In this document: positions 1 through 13,372 of the stretch, piece after piece
Layout: the number at the start of each line of letters is the position of its first letter
Numbering within the stretch: position 1 is the first letter of the stretch
Source of the DNA: Malacoraja senta
Taxonomy: Eukaryota
Assembly (NCBI GenBank): GCA_038087875.1
Contig: CM075997.1
Location: 744,001 to 808,000 of the forward strand
DNA length: 64,000 nt
Direction of reading: 5' to 3'
Made by a program: the position numbers and the translations under genes
Notes under the pieces: model-generated
What the model saw: only the letters and a program-made list of their open reading frames with translations
What the model was told of the DNA's origin: nothing
The model's database searches: none

Positions 1-1074
1 GCAGGGGTAGAATTTCTGCCTCACAGCACCAGCGACCCGGGTTCGATCCTCACTACGGGTGCTGTCTGTATGGAGTTTGTGCGTTCTCCCTGTGACCTCA
101 TGGGTTTTCCTTGGGAGCTCCGGTTTCCTCCCAAATTCCGAAGAATTACAGGTTTGTAGGTTAATTGGCTTTGGTGGTAAAATGTCCCTCTCGTGTGTGT
201 GTAGGATAGTGCTAGTGTACAGGGACCGCTGGTTGGCGTGGACTCGGTGGGCCGAAGGGAGTGCTTCCGCGCTGTATCTCTGGACTAAACAAAACTTCAA
301 GAAGAGGTGACAAGAGTGAATCTTCTTCCCATGAACCGACTGAGGCTGTAACCACATTCTGGCACTCATAAAAACAGCTTCTTTTATTACACATTTAATT
401 AATTCTAATTGTTGTCGTGGAACGTGAGCCCATGCTCCCAGAGCAATCATCTCAGCCTCTACATACGAAGCCAATTACTTAACCATTATGCTACCAATGT
501 ACCTTGCGTCACTTCCAGGCAATGTGGTTGAATTAAAATAAAATTTTAACTTAAATCTTAATGTTGGCGGCACGGGGCGTAGTGGCTGAGCAACTGCCTC
601 ACGGCAATAGACATTAGACAATAGGTGCAGGAGTAGGCCATTTGGAAGGCAGACAAAAATGCTGGAAAAACTCAGCGGGTGCAGCAGCATCTATGGAGCG
701 AAGGAAATAGGCAACGTTTCGGGCCGAAACCTTCAGATAGGTGGATACAGGTGAAGGGGATCTAATAAGCAGAAGAGCCTTCTTGGGATCATTGCAAATA
801 GGTGATAGAGGGCCAGCAGGGATTCAGTGGGCTGAAGGGCCTGTTCCAATGGTGTATCTCCGTATGATTCTAACTATAAATGAAACCAACAAATTTATAA
901 ATAGACACAAGAAAGTTCAGATGTTGGAATCTTGAACAAAACACAAAGTGCTGGAGGAACTCAGCGGGTCAGGCAGCATCTGTGGAGGGAATGAACAGAC
1001 AACACCTTGGCGCCAGGATCTCTCTGAAGAAGGGTCCCGACCCAAAATGCCATCTATCCATTCTTTCCACAGAC

Positions 1075-1555
1075 ACTGGGCCTTCTGTGACAATGAATCC
1101 CACAGATTCACCACCCTCTGACTAAAGAAATTCCTCCTCATATGCATCCTAAAGATACAACCTTTAATGCTGAGGCTGTGGCCTCTGGTTCTAGACTCCC
1201 CACTAGTGGAAACATCCTCTCCACATCCACTCTATCCAGTCCTTTCACTATTCGGTAAGTTTCAAAGAAGTTCCCCCTCATCCTTCTAAACTCCAGCGAG
1301 TACAGGCCTAGTGCCATCAAACGCTCATCATATGTTAACCCACTAATTCCTGAGATCATTCTCAAAAAAACCTCCTCTGGTCCCTCTCCAGAGCCAGCAC
1401 ATCCTTCCTTAGATATGGGGCTCAAAACTGCTCACAATACCCTAAATGGGGTCTAACCAGTACCTAATAAAGCCTCAGCATTCCATCCCTGTTTTTATAT
1501 TCTAGTTTATAGAATATTCTATATTCTCTCGAAAAAAATGTAAGCGTTGCATTTG
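1075..1555 (-). mobile_element. Degenerate CR1 3' fragment
   Basis: [12 protein letters not shown]...FFSQRVVNLW split across frames. Confidence 0.8.
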
Positions 1556-2055
1556 CCAAATAAATGGTAACATTGCATTTGTAATATCTCACTTGGATCC
1601 AATAAACTCTTTGTTATTTGTTATGATCCACTTCTGAGGCTTGAGGTTCTTGATGTTCCATACCTATGCGTTCCTCATTGAAATTCTGCCATGTTTTGAT
1701 GTGTTAATCGGATTTGTGGAAGTTTGGTGCTGTGGGACATTCCAGTTGAAGATACTGTCTGAAAGGACACAGGGCGTGTTTGGTTTCTGCCCACCTAACA
1801 CACCCCGGTTAAGTTTCAATAACGACCCAGAGAGGAGGAGCTCAACCGGGGTAGGTGGACAATTGTGTGGGATGGAACCGCTCCGCTCTATGATCTTTGG
1901 ACGGAACTGCGGATGCTATTTTAAACCGAAGATAGACACTAAATGCTGGAGTAACTCAGCGGGACAAACAGCATCTCTAGATGGGAGGAATGGGTGATGT
2001 TTTGGGTCAAGACCCTTCTTCAAACGCACTAATTTCAGTTTAGTTCAGAGAGTTA

Positions 2056-2364
2056 GGGCAGCACGGTGGCGCAGCGGTAGAGTTGCTCCCTTACAGCGCC
2101 AGAGCCCCAGGTTCAATCCTGACTGCGGGTGCTGTCTGTACTGAGTTTGTACGTTCTCCCTGCGACCAGGTGGGTTTTCTCCGGGTGCTCCGGTTACCTC
2201 CCACACTCCAAAGAGGTACAGGATTGTAGGTTAATTGTCTTGGTATCATTGTAAACTGTCCCTAGTGTGTGTAGGGTAGTGTTAGTGTGCGGGGATCGCT
2301 GGCCGGTGCGGTCTCGATGGGCCAAAGGGCCTGTTTCTGTGCTGTATCTCTAAACTAAACTAAA
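2056..2364 (+). mobile_element. tRNA-derived SINE (V-SINE/HE1-like), full length
   Basis: A-box TGGCGCAGCGG, B-box GGTTCAATCC, conserved body, (TAAAC)n tail. Further copies at about 1-293(+), 2929-3230(+), 6085-6350(-), 12426-12726(-), 30004-30310(-), 32468-32768(-), 36040-36358(+), 41293-41567(+), 47183-47480(+), 56830-57128(-), 63580-63800(+). Confidence 0.85.
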
Positions 2365-2810
2365 CACGGAACATACAGCGAGATGCTCAAAAAGGAAATT
2401 TTGAAGGCTTAACGGGTCATGAGAAATCACTGGCGGGTGGGATTAAGGTCAATCTGAAGATATTCAATAAGCATATTAAGGGCAAAAAAATAAGCACGGC
2501 GAGAGTGGGCGCCATTAGGGACAGGAGAGGCAATCTGTGCATGGAACTAGAAGACTCGTGAGGTCTTAAATGATCCCGCTTCATCAATATTCACAACGGA
2601 CACAGACTTCGTCATTGGAGCATTCAGTAAAGGGGCAGGTGAAAGTCTAGTGCAGGCCTCCATAGATGAACAGGAGATGCCTGATGAATCAGACAGCATT
2701 TAAGAAGTATGGAATTGCTCCGGTGTTGAAGGTTATGGGCCAAGGGAGATCGGCATGGAAAGGTACCCATTTAACATGGAAAGGTACCCTTTGGTCAGTA
2801 TGGACAAGAA

Positions 2811-2843
2811 GTCTGAAGAAGGGTCCCGACCCGAAACGTCACC
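2811..2843 (+). ncRNA. Minimal hammerhead-like motif (CCCG loop variant)
   Basis: GU-CUGAAGA-A-GGGU(CCCG)ACCC-GAAACGUC-AC. Confidence 0.55.
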
Positions 2844-3249
2844 CATTCCCTTTTCTCCAGAGATGCTGCCTGACCCACTGAGTTACTCCAGCACGTTGTG
2901 TTTATTGTCAGTATGGACAAGGTACTGGTGGCATGGTGGCACACCACAACGCCACAACTCGCAGAGCACCAGGGACCCCGGTTCGATCCTGACTATGGGT
3001 GCTGCCTGTGTGCAGTTTGCACATTCTCCCCGTCACCTGTGTGGGTTTTCTCCGGGTGCTCCGGTTTCCTCCCACACACCAAAGACCTGCAGGATTGTAG
3101 GCTAAATCGGCTCGGTATAATTGTAAATTGTCACTAGTAGGATAGTGCTAGTGTACAGTGATCGCTTGTCGGCCCGGACTCAGTGGGCTGAATGGCCTGT
3201 TTCCACGCTGTACCATTCTGTGACTCTGTATCTGGATGTCACTGTGATA

Positions 3250-3920
3250 CACAATAGGTGCAGGAGTAGGTCATTTGGCCCTTCGAGCCAGCACCGCCAT
3301 TCAATATGATCATGGCTGATCATCCCCAATCAGTACCCCGTTCCTGCCTTCTCCCCATATCCCCTGACTCCACTATTTTTAAGAGCCCTATCGAGCTCTC
3401 TCTTGAAAGCATCCAGAGAACCTGCCTCCACTGCCCTCTGAGGCAGAGAATTCCACAGACTCACCACTCTCTGTGAGAAAAAGTGTTTCCTCGTCTCCGT
3501 TCTAAATGGCTTACTCCTTATTCTTAAACTATGGCCCCTGGTTCTGGATTCCCCCAACATCGGGAACATGTTTCCTGCCTCTAGCGTGTCCAAACCCTTA
3601 ACAATCTTATATGTTTCAATGAGATACCCTCTCATCCTTCTAAACTCCAGAGTGTACAAAGCCAGCTGCTCCATTCTCTCAGCATATGACAGTCCCGCCA
3701 TCCCGGGAATTAACCTTGTGAACCTACGCTGCACTCCCTCAATAGCAAGAATGTCCTTCCTCAAATTAGGGGACCAAAACTGCACACAATACTCCAGGTG
3801 TGGTCTCACCAGGGCCCTGTACAACTGCAGAAGGATCTCTTTGCTCCTATATTCGACTCCTCTTGTTATAAAGGCCAACATGCCATTCGCTTTCTTCACT
3901 GCCTGCTGTACCTGCATGCT
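3250..3920 (-). mobile_element. CR1-clade LINE 3' fragment (ORF2 C-terminus and 3' UTR)
   Basis: ORF 3330-3917: KANGMLAFI...LYRALVRPHLEYCVQFWSP...RRMRG.LIETYK...FSQRVVSLWNSLP, typical CR1 ORF2 end; 5'-truncated. Confidence 0.92.
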
Positions 3921-4632
3921 TATTTTTGTAATGGTCGAGTCAAGACTTGGTCAAAACTGGGTGCAATAGATTGGTGAGTATTCTATCTCACGTTTGCTCC
4001 TTGTTCTTCCTCGACGAGGTGAACTGCAGCTCCACTCTTTACCCACAAGAGGGGGTTTTGAGCTCCAGATGCGATGGGCCCAAACTTAACTGGAGGCCAT
4101 TCGACCCATCACGTCCAAACTGACCAAAAACAAATACCAGCCTTGCTCCCTCGTGCTGGAGGCTGCAAACCTCACAAGCTTGCTCTCCCTGTCAAGAGAA
4201 GTAGGTTCTTCTAAGATAGACACAAAATGCTGGAGTAACTCAGCGGGTCTGACAACATCTCTGGAGAACATGGGTTAATTGAAGTTAGAGAAATCAGTAT
4301 TCACACCGAAGAGAGACACAAAATGCTGGAGTAACTCAGCCGGTCAGACAGCATCTCTGGAGTACTGATTGGGGATGACGGGGTACTGATTGGGGATGAT
4401 CAGCCCTGATCACATTGAATGGCGGTGCTGGCTCGAAGGGCCAAATGGCCTCTACTCCTGCACCTATTGTCTATTGTCTATTGTCTATTGGAGAGAAGGA
4501 ATAGGTGACGTTTAAGATCGACATCCTCCCTCAATCTTGAGTCTGATGCTGCCTGTCCCGCTGAGTTACTCCAGCTTTTTTTGTGTGTGTCTATCTGCGG
4601 TTTAAACCAGCGCCTGCAGTTCCTTCCTACAC

Positions 4633-4689
4633 AGTATTCAGACCGCTGGGTTGTAAGCCGGCCAAGCGAAATATGAGGTGCTGCTGTTG
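4633..4689 (-). mobile_element. Penelope-like GIY-YIG endonuclease C-terminal fragment
   Basis: Translates [19 protein letters not shown], resembling the C-terminal E..LI..L.TL.P.GLN motif of PLE GIY-YIG domains; continuation GVNTDFSNF at ~4308-4280. Confidence 0.6.
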
Positions 4690-4705
4690 CTGTTAAAGGA
4701 CTCAC

Positions 4706-4802
4706 TTTGGTATCCGACAGCCGAGTGCAGGAGGTCCATGCCCGAGCTGGTGAGGGTGAGTCCGTTGACGGCGTAATGCGGTTGCTTGATGTAGGACATC
4801 AT
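4706..4802 (-). CDS. otx5: Otx5/Crx-class homeobox gene, first coding exon (97 nt)
   Basis: Translates [32 protein letters not shown], the conserved Otx N-terminus (cf. Otx2 [32 protein letters not shown]); IKQPHY/LHSAVGY fits Otx5. ATG at 4802-4800, phase-1 donor A|GTGAGT at 4705-4700, upstream acceptor tgtccacAG at 4882-4881 (whole exon 4880-4706). Confidence 0.92.
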
Positions 4803-5389
4803 GCTGCTTCTCTGGGTCTCCTGGGTGGCCGGTCCCAAGTCGGACAAGTCACTCGCTACCCAACTCCGGTGCGGTGGTCGCTGTGGACAGACATACATGC
4901 GCCATTATGTTATTTCAACCAGAGACAAGGTTCGCCACCTCAATCCCGCCACATATGATTCATTGATCAAAGGAATCAAATCCATTACAAAGATTCTTCC
5001 CCCTCCCGTTAGAATCACACCTCTGACTGAGACAATCGGTGCGTCTGGCGAGCGGTTTTTTTTTCAAATTGAAGATAAGTCACCAAATACATGGATAGAC
5101 AAAAATGCTGGAGAAACTCAGCGGGACAGGCAGCATCTATGGAGCGAAGGAATACGTGACGTTTCGGGTCGAGACCCTTCTTCAGACCCGAAACGTCACC
5201 TATTCCTTCGCTCCATAGATGCTGCCTCACCTGCTGAGTTCCTCCAGCATTTTTGTCTACCTTCGATTCTTCCAGCATCTGCAGTTCTTTCTTAAACACA
5301 TACATGGATAGAAAATGTTTAGAAGGTAGCAGCGAGGAACTGCAGATGCTGGTTTACAAAGAAAATGTTTAAAGGGAAGATAGACATTT

Positions 5390-5660
5390 TAAACATGTAG
5401 GCGGGAACTGTAGATACTGGATTAAACCGAAGATGGACACAAAACGCTGGAGTAACTCAGCGGGACAGGCAGCATCTCTGGAGAGAAGGAATGGGTGACG
5501 TTTCGGGTCGAGACCCTTCTTTAGACTGTCTGAAGAAGGATCCCGACCCGGAACGTCACCTATCCATGTTCTCCAGAGATGCTGCGTGAACTGTTGAGTT
5601 ACTCCAGCACTTTGTGCCTATCTCTGGTGTAAACCAGCATCTGCAGTTCCTTCCTACACA
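5390..5660. repeat. Palindromic (inverted-pair) Penelope-like terminal repeat; representative of dozens of copies
   Basis: ~130-nt arm GGAACTGCAGATGCTGG...CCCTTCTT(C/T)AGAC followed by its reverse complement; similar inverted pairs at ~8855-9065, 15595-15815, 35170-35440, 35577-35795, 37148-37370, 48598-48853, 49575-49775, 53790-54003. Confidence 0.85.
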
Positions 5661-7898
5661 GTTTTTTAAAAATCAATTGAAAGGTACAACGTGGAAACGT
5701 CTGAAGAAGAGGTTTACGAAATCAACCCCTTCCCTCAAGATTTTATGACTGCCTTAAGCTCTTGTGTGTAAGTGATAGTTGAGGAGGGAACGGCCGGCCG
5801 AATGGCCTGTTTCGCTGTTTATAATTCATGCTCCCGACCGGAAAAGTCTTCTGTCCATTCCCTCCACAGATGCTGTCTGACCCGCCGAGTTACTCCAGCA
5901 CTTTGTGTTTGGATTATAACTGGAGGTATAGAGTCGTGCAGCACAAAACAGGCGCTTCGGCCCGTCTCGTCCATGAAACCAAAATGCTCCATTAAGATTT
6001 ATTTCGTCCCATTAAAAAAAAACTAACCAAATTTAAAATTATTTTGTAATTGATTGAAAGATAAGGCATGAAAATTTGTCCTTTGTGTCCACGCCGACCA
6101 TCGATCGCCCCTTCACACTAGTTCTCCGTTCCCACTTTTTCATCCACTCCCTACCACCTAGGGATAATTTACAGCAGCCATTAACCTACAAACCTGTGCG
6201 GTTTTTTGGGGGGGGGGGGAGATCCGCAACACCCGGAGAAAACCCACGCGGTCACCGGGATAACGTGCAAACTCCACACAGGCAGCACCTGAGGTCAGGA
6301 TCGAACCTGGGTCTCTGGCGCCGTGAGGCAGAGGCTCTACCAGCCGCCCCGCTTGAAAATAAAAAATTGGAAATCGGTTGGAATATATTTGGGGAAGAAC
6401 AAATGTATTAAGCTTGCTGCAATTTATTTCGTCCGAGTCTGTAATTTGCCGAGCAAACCTGTGACTCTGGCGGGTAAAAAAGATCTCCACAAACTATGGA
6501 GGTTGGCAAAACATAGCGATTACGCGCCAATTAAAACAATACTACACAGCGACAAACAACACTGCCCGCTCCACAAAAACGTCACCCATTCCTTCTCTCC
6601 AGAGATGCTGCCTGGTCCGCTGAGTTACTCCAGCATTTTGTGTGCACCTTCGGTTTAATCCAGCATCTACACAAAACGTGTCCCATTCTCAGTTTCAGAC
6701 TGACTCCGAACGGCCCGGAGTAACACAGCACGGAAACAGCCCTTCGGCCCAACATGTCCATGCCAAACCAAGATGCCCCATCTAAACTAGTCCTGATTGC
6801 CCGCGTTTGCCCACACACCTCTCTAGTCTAAACCTTTCCCATCCATTCAATTACAAATGTTTAGTTTAGTTTAGGAAGGAACTTTAGATGCTGCAGAGAG
6901 ACACAAAACACTGGAATAACTCAGCGGGTCAGGCAGCATCTCTGGAGAATGAAGAAGGTCTCAGCCCGAAATATGACCCATTCCTTCTCTCCAGAGTTGC
7001 TGCCTGGCCCGCTGAGTTACTCCAGCATTTTGTGTCTATATTTAGTTTGGTTTCATTTTAGGTTTAGTTTAAATTAGTTTAGTTTCGTTTATTATAGCCA
7101 CTTGTGCCGAGGTACAGTGAACAACTCTCGTTTGCGTGCAATACAGTCCAATAAAAGACTACACGTGATTGTAATCAAGCCGTCCACCATATAACCATAT
7201 AACCATATAACCATATAACCATAACAGCACGGAAACAGGCCATCTCGGCCCTTCAAGTCCGTGCCGAACATTAATTTTTTTTTTTTTTTTTTAATTAAAA
7301 TAAATACTTCCTCCTAGTCCCATCTACCTGCACTCAGACCATAACCCTCCATTCCTTTCCCGTCCATATACCCATCCAATCTATTTTTAAAAGATAACAT
7401 CGAACCTGCCTCCACCACTTCCACTGGAAGCTCATTCCACACAGCTACCACTCTCTGAGTAAAGAAGTTCCCCTAATGTCCCCCCTAAACTTCTGTCCCT
7501 TAATTCTCAAGTCATGTCCCCGTGTACAGAACGGGATAAAGGATACAAGGTACACAAAAATGCTGGAGAAACTCAGCGGGTGCAGCAGCATCTATGGAGC
7601 GAAGGAAATAGGCAACGTTTCGGGCCGAAACCCTGAAGGAAATAGGCAAAGTTTCGGGCCGAAACCCGGAAGGGTTTCGTCCCGAAACTTTGCCTATTTC
7701 CTTCGCTCCATAGATGCTGCTGCACCCGCTGAGTTTCTCCAGCATTTTTGTCTGCCTTCGATTTTCCAGCATCTGCAGTTCCTTCTTAAAAACATAAAGG
7801 ATACAACGTTTAGTACACGTGTCAATGATAGTCGAAGGTACACAAAAATGCCGGAGAAACTCAGCGGGTGCAGCAGCATCTATGGAGCGAAGGAAATA

Positions 7899-7932
7899 GG
7901 CAACGTTTCGGGCCGAAACCCTTCTTCAGACT
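7899..7932 (-). ncRNA. Minimal hammerhead-like motif (UUCG loop, GUU triplet variant)
   Basis: Reverse complement reads AGU-CUGAAGA-A-GGGU(UUCG)GCCC-GAAACGUU-GCC. Confidence 0.55.
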
Positions 7933-8931
7933 GATAGGGGGTGGGGAGAAGAAAGGAAAAAAAGGAAAAAGGCGGAGGAGGAACGGGAGCGATGGGCCGA
8001 GGGGGCTTTTTGCCTGCGAGATACTGGTTGGGGCCGTTTCCAATTCCGTCTCCAATTCCAACATTCCCCTCTTGCCGTCCACAAGGGCTGCCGGGCGATG
8101 GGGCATATTGTCCAGATATTCCGTTTAATTTCACTACTAGCAGAAAGCTCAATACATCGCTCGCACTAATTGTAATAGAATCGAAGAAAATCGTGGAAAC
8201 AGCTGGTCTGACCCGACGAATATTTCTAACATTTTCTGGTTTGTTTCTTTCAGATTTAAAACATCTTTATATATATATTTTTCAAAAATCTCAATCCATC
8301 TCAAGCAGTGTTGTCTGTATTTTGTTGAACTGTTTATCTGAGGAAGGGTCTCGACCCGAAACGTTACCTGTCAACCTTCTCCAGCGATGCTGCCCGACCC
8401 GCTGAGTTACTCCAGCACTTTGTGCCTTTTTGTTCAAACCAGCGCTTGCAGTTCCTTGTTTCTACATTCTGTCCTTTTGCGTCTGGAATATATCTGTCCT
8501 TTCCCGTTTCCCGCTACAGATACCTCACTTTAGAGAAAACGTTAGATATTTATATTCCAGCCTTAAGTGACTCCAATCTTATAAGGAAAGGTTGCAAATT
8601 ATGTTTTATTTAAAACGACACTAAATATAGGAAGCAGGAGGGGGAAAGGAACTGTCGACCTTTTGAATCGAGTTCCTACATCAAGAGTCAATTCGAGTGG
8701 AGAGTTTCAATTGTCAGATGTACCAACAATAAACCAGGCCCTGCGGTAGATTGCTGTTCCTCTGTTCTACCGAGGACTTGAAGGGTTAAACATATCTTAC
8801 ACTCATTACCAATCAGTCTGAAGAAGGGTCCCAAACCCGAAACATCATCCGAGACGGACACAAAGTACTGGAGTAACTCAGCGGGACAGGCAGCATCTCT
8901 GGAGAGAAGGAGTGGGTGATGTTTCAGACTA

Positions 8932-8965
8932 GGTCTGAAGAAGGGTCTCGACCCGAAACGTCACC
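8932..8965 (+). ncRNA. Minimal hammerhead ribozyme-like motif in Penelope-like repeat (representative copy)
   Basis: GGU-CUGAAGA-A-GGGU(CUCG)ACCC-GAAA-CG-UC^ACC: complete core, stem II, 3-bp stem I, palindromic ACGU in place of stem III; predicted cleavage after C8962. Confidence 0.65.
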
Positions 8966-9258
8966 CCATTCCTTCTCCCCAGAGATGCTGCCTGTCCCGC
9001 TGAGTTACTCCAGCATTTTGTGTCTATCTTCTGATTAAACCGGCATCTGCAGTTCCTTCCTACACATCAAAGATGGATACTAGACAACTGCAACACACCC
9101 TTACTCAGTGTACACTGGTTCAGAATCTCCCCATGTTCACCCCCCCCTCTATTACAATTCCCCCCAATCTCTCTCTTCACTACCGAGTCGCAGTAGCGTG
9201 GATTATTAATTTAAACCAGAAAGACGCACCCCCCCCCCCGACATCCGTAATTACTCAC

Positions 9259-9440
9259 CTAGAACAAAGAGGGTTTTTTTTTCAATTACATCAAACTACA
9301 TTGTGATTTCAAGTTGGCGGCGGTGGGTTTCGAACCCAAACTCGACGCTGCCCACTTTCCTCCCGAGGTTATTCCGCTCTTCTGATCTTCCCTCCGGCCA
9401 GTCCTTATAGATCACCACGATGGCGTTCCCTATTTAAACG
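9259..9440 (-). promoter_or_regulatory. otx5: Probable Otx5 core promoter and non-coding first exon
   Basis: Unique, non-repeat sequence with a strong minus-strand donor AG|GTGAGT (9260-9253) and TATA-like TTTAAATAG (9438-9430) ~170 nt upstream; correct orientation to splice to the 4880 acceptor. Inference, no transcript evidence. Confidence 0.5.
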
Positions 9441-9556
9441 GGTGTCTATTTGTACTCCAGTGTCTACCGTCCACCCCCCCCCCCCCCACTTCCCGCTTGG
9501 CGAGGGGAAGTGGCTTGTGTGTAAGTGCAAGACAAGGAACAGCTTTAACGCGGCGG

Positions 9557-9591
<35 letters not shown>

Positions 9592-11211
9592 CATTAAAGA
9601 GGTCGGACAAAAGCGATAGACGACGACCCGTGTGATTTGCAATTTCCTGTCTGGCCAGAAATCTCTCCCTTTCCATCCTTTCAAGATCCCGACTGATTTT
9701 AGAACAGAAACGTCAAAAAAAAAATGAAGATAGACACAAAAAGCTGGAGTAACCCAGCGGGTCAGGCAGCATCTCTGGAGAGAAGGAATGGGTGACTCTT
9801 CGGGTATATAAACAATTATACGGAGAGTGATGAGTGTGGAATTCTATGCCGGTGGAGGTCGGTTCTCAGGATTCTTTCAAGACAGAGCTAGATAGAGCTC
9901 TTGAAGATAGCGGTCAGGGGATATGGGGAGAAGGCAGGAACGGGGTACTGATTGGGGATGATCAGCCATGATCACATTGAATGGCGGTGCTGGCTCGAAG
10001 GGCCGAATGGCCTACTCCTGCACCTATTGCCTATTGTCAACTTTCCCTAAACTTCCAAAGTAACAAAGTTATCAAATAACGATTTTATTTAATAAAACAC
10101 CCCGGATACTGATAATTTAAGCTAAATTAGAAATAGTGCTGATATTCGACGGGTCCCGACATGAAACTTTACCGATCCATGTTCTCCAGAGATGCTGCCT
10201 GACCCGCTGAGTTACTCCAGCACTTTGTGTTTTTCTTTTTGTTGGGTAAGATTTAGATTCGTTCCAGAGTCCGATCGGATAAACAAATCCCAAACGCAAA
10301 CTCTGATAATGCGCGTTTAATTCCAAACTTATATATATATATATTTTTGCAATCAATTCGCAATCAATAAAAACTTCGTGCTTTAAACTAAAACTTTTTT
10401 TTTCAGCAAAAGTTACAACTAGCTGAGTGTTATTCAATTTAAGACTTAGTAGGGAGTGATATCGTTCTAATTAGTTTGTGTTTAATCTTTGGATTAAGAC
10501 TCGTTTGAATTCGAAACAATCGGAAAACAAAGTAGGATTTTTCGTGGGTTACATTTAAGTTTAAGGAATTTTTTGAGTTAAGGAATGATCTGTAATGGAA
10601 TACCTCTCTTATCCACATGTAATAAGAAGGTTGTGGTAATTATGAAGGCACGAATTAATAATCAGTCAAATATACAACGCTAGGCGTTGAAAGAGTAATG
10701 CAATCAGCGCGGAGGCGCGAGATAATGGCCGCCGTGTTTACTTCACCACGGGGTAAATATAGAGACCACCTCTTCAATTATTTCCATTGTCCGTTCATTA
10801 ACAAGCCCTGTGGACCACATCTACACCGCGTCGAGAAACGAGGGAGATCCCCCCCACGGAACCGACGCGCAAAATAAACCGTGGCACAATCTTAAATCGA
10901 GATCTAAGATTAATTAATGTGTAGGAAGGAACTGCAGATGCTGGTTTAAACCGAGACAGACACAAAACGCCGGAGTAACTTTCCCGCTGAGTTGCTACCC
11001 CTGCTTTTTGTGACTATCTTTAGATTAATTAAAATTGTTGGCTGCGATCGGTGGGAGAAATGTGGGAATATCGGATGTTAAAGATCCCACAGTTACAACA
11101 ATTCGGGGGTAAATAAATACACGTTTAGCAAGACTTCACCCAGTAATTGTTTTTGAATGAAGACACAAAGTAACTCCTTAACTCCGCCACTTCGCTGACT
11201 TTTTTTTTTTG

Positions 11212-11411
11212 NNNNNNNNNNNNNNNNNNNNNNNNNNNNNNNNNNNNNNNNNNNNNNNNNNNNNNNNNNNNNNNNNNNNNNNNNNNNNNNNNNNNNNNNN
11301 NNNNNNNNNNNNNNNNNNNNNNNNNNNNNNNNNNNNNNNNNNNNNNNNNNNNNNNNNNNNNNNNNNNNNNNNNNNNNNNNNNNNNNNNNNNNNNNNNNNN
11401 NNNNNNNNNNN
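11212..11411. other. Assembly gap (200 N)
   Basis: Run of 200 N. Confidence 1.
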
Positions 11412-11989
11412 GGGTAGATTGGAACAGGCGGGCAAGATGTTCCATCCCATTTAGGTCAGGGGCTAGTCCTTGTGTCTGCATTTTTTTTTGTTTCGAGGTG
11501 GGGGGGGGGGGGGGGTGAAAAGGAGACATTTTCTGCCATCTCCAGCCCTCTCCTTGCACATGTCCACACAAAATGCTGGAGTAACTCAGTGCGACAGGCA
11601 GCATCTCTGGAGGCCATGCATAGGTGTCGTTCCTGGTCGAGACCCTTCTTCAATCAGTCGGGTTGATAGCGTTAGTCGAAAACAAGGTGGACCACGTGAA
11701 GGTTGCAATCTCCCACCCCGTCCTCCTGATTACATTTTATCTTTGTATACTTCGTTGTCACCTTGCCTGAGCTAACAATGATCTATTCTACATTCTCCTT
11801 GATCTCCATCTCCTTTGTCTCATTTTCACACCTTACCCTTCTATACCTGTGTCTCTCCCCTGACTCTCAGTCCACAGAAGGGTCTCGACCCATATGTCAC
11901 CATTCCTTCTCTCCAGGGATGCTGCCTGTCCCGCTGAGTTACTCCAGCATTTTGTCTGAATCTTCTTTCTCTCCTTCCTCCAATTCCTG

Positions 11990-12269
<280 letters not shown>

Positions 12270-13074
12270 TTTGCCAAGTTGTGGTTCCAAATTTTGCAGG
12301 ATTTCAGCTCGGTAATTTGAGCCCAGAATCCAGGTCCACACTCCCAGTTACTGATGTTAAATCCAGGGATTGCTGCCCTTTCCGTTGGACGTAAAGTGCC
12401 CTTTTATGGGAAGATCAAGGAATCTAGTTTAGTTTCGTTTTGAGATGCAGCGCGGAAACAGTCCCTTCGGCCCACCGAGTCCTAACCGACCAGCGATCAC
12501 CCCGTACATTAGCACTATCCTACACACACACACAAAGGACAATTTTACCAAAGCCAATTAACCTATAAATCTGTACGTCTTTGGAATATGGGGAAAAACC
12601 AGAGAAAACCCGCGCAGGTCACGGGTTTAAACATACAAACTCTGTACAGACAGCACCCGTGGTCTGGATCGAACCGGGTCTCTCGAACTGTAAGGCAGCA
12701 AATCTACTGCTGCGCCACCGTGCCGCTCTACTTGGGGAGAACTAAATGGAATTAGTGTAAGTGGCGGTTGATGGATAGCACGGACCTGATGGGCAGAACG
12801 GACTGTTTTTGGTGCTGTTAAACTAAAAATGATGAGTGGATTTATTATTTCTTCTGCCTGGTTAACACGTGGACAGTGCTGGTGTCCACCGGGGATATCT
12901 CCAGTCCCACAGCTTGGCAAAAACAAGCAGGATAAAAAATGATTTGCTGAAATCCACTTCAAGGGACAGAGCATTTAAACCGAGCCAGACCCTGCCCGGC
13001 GCTAATCCTGACTGACATCAGCGTTACAGGACAAATAACCTGGCTCACCTGCCCCAGCATGTTCCCTGTCCACC

Positions 13075-13372
<298 letters not shown>

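Noticed and set aside
2056..2130. SINE heads as tRNA genes
   Set aside because: A and B boxes are present but they continue into SINE bodies and lack a complete cloverleaf.
1..4630. Otx5 homeobox exons
   Set aside because: No RKQRRERTTF or WFKNRRAK coding sequence found on the minus strand; presumably outside the window.
11125..11604. ORFs spanning the N run
   Set aside because: Artefacts of translating through the assembly gap.
12300..12420. Possible ancient Deu-domain SINE remnant (also ~44250-44340)
   Set aside because: Resemblance is from memory and too degraded to support without an alignment.
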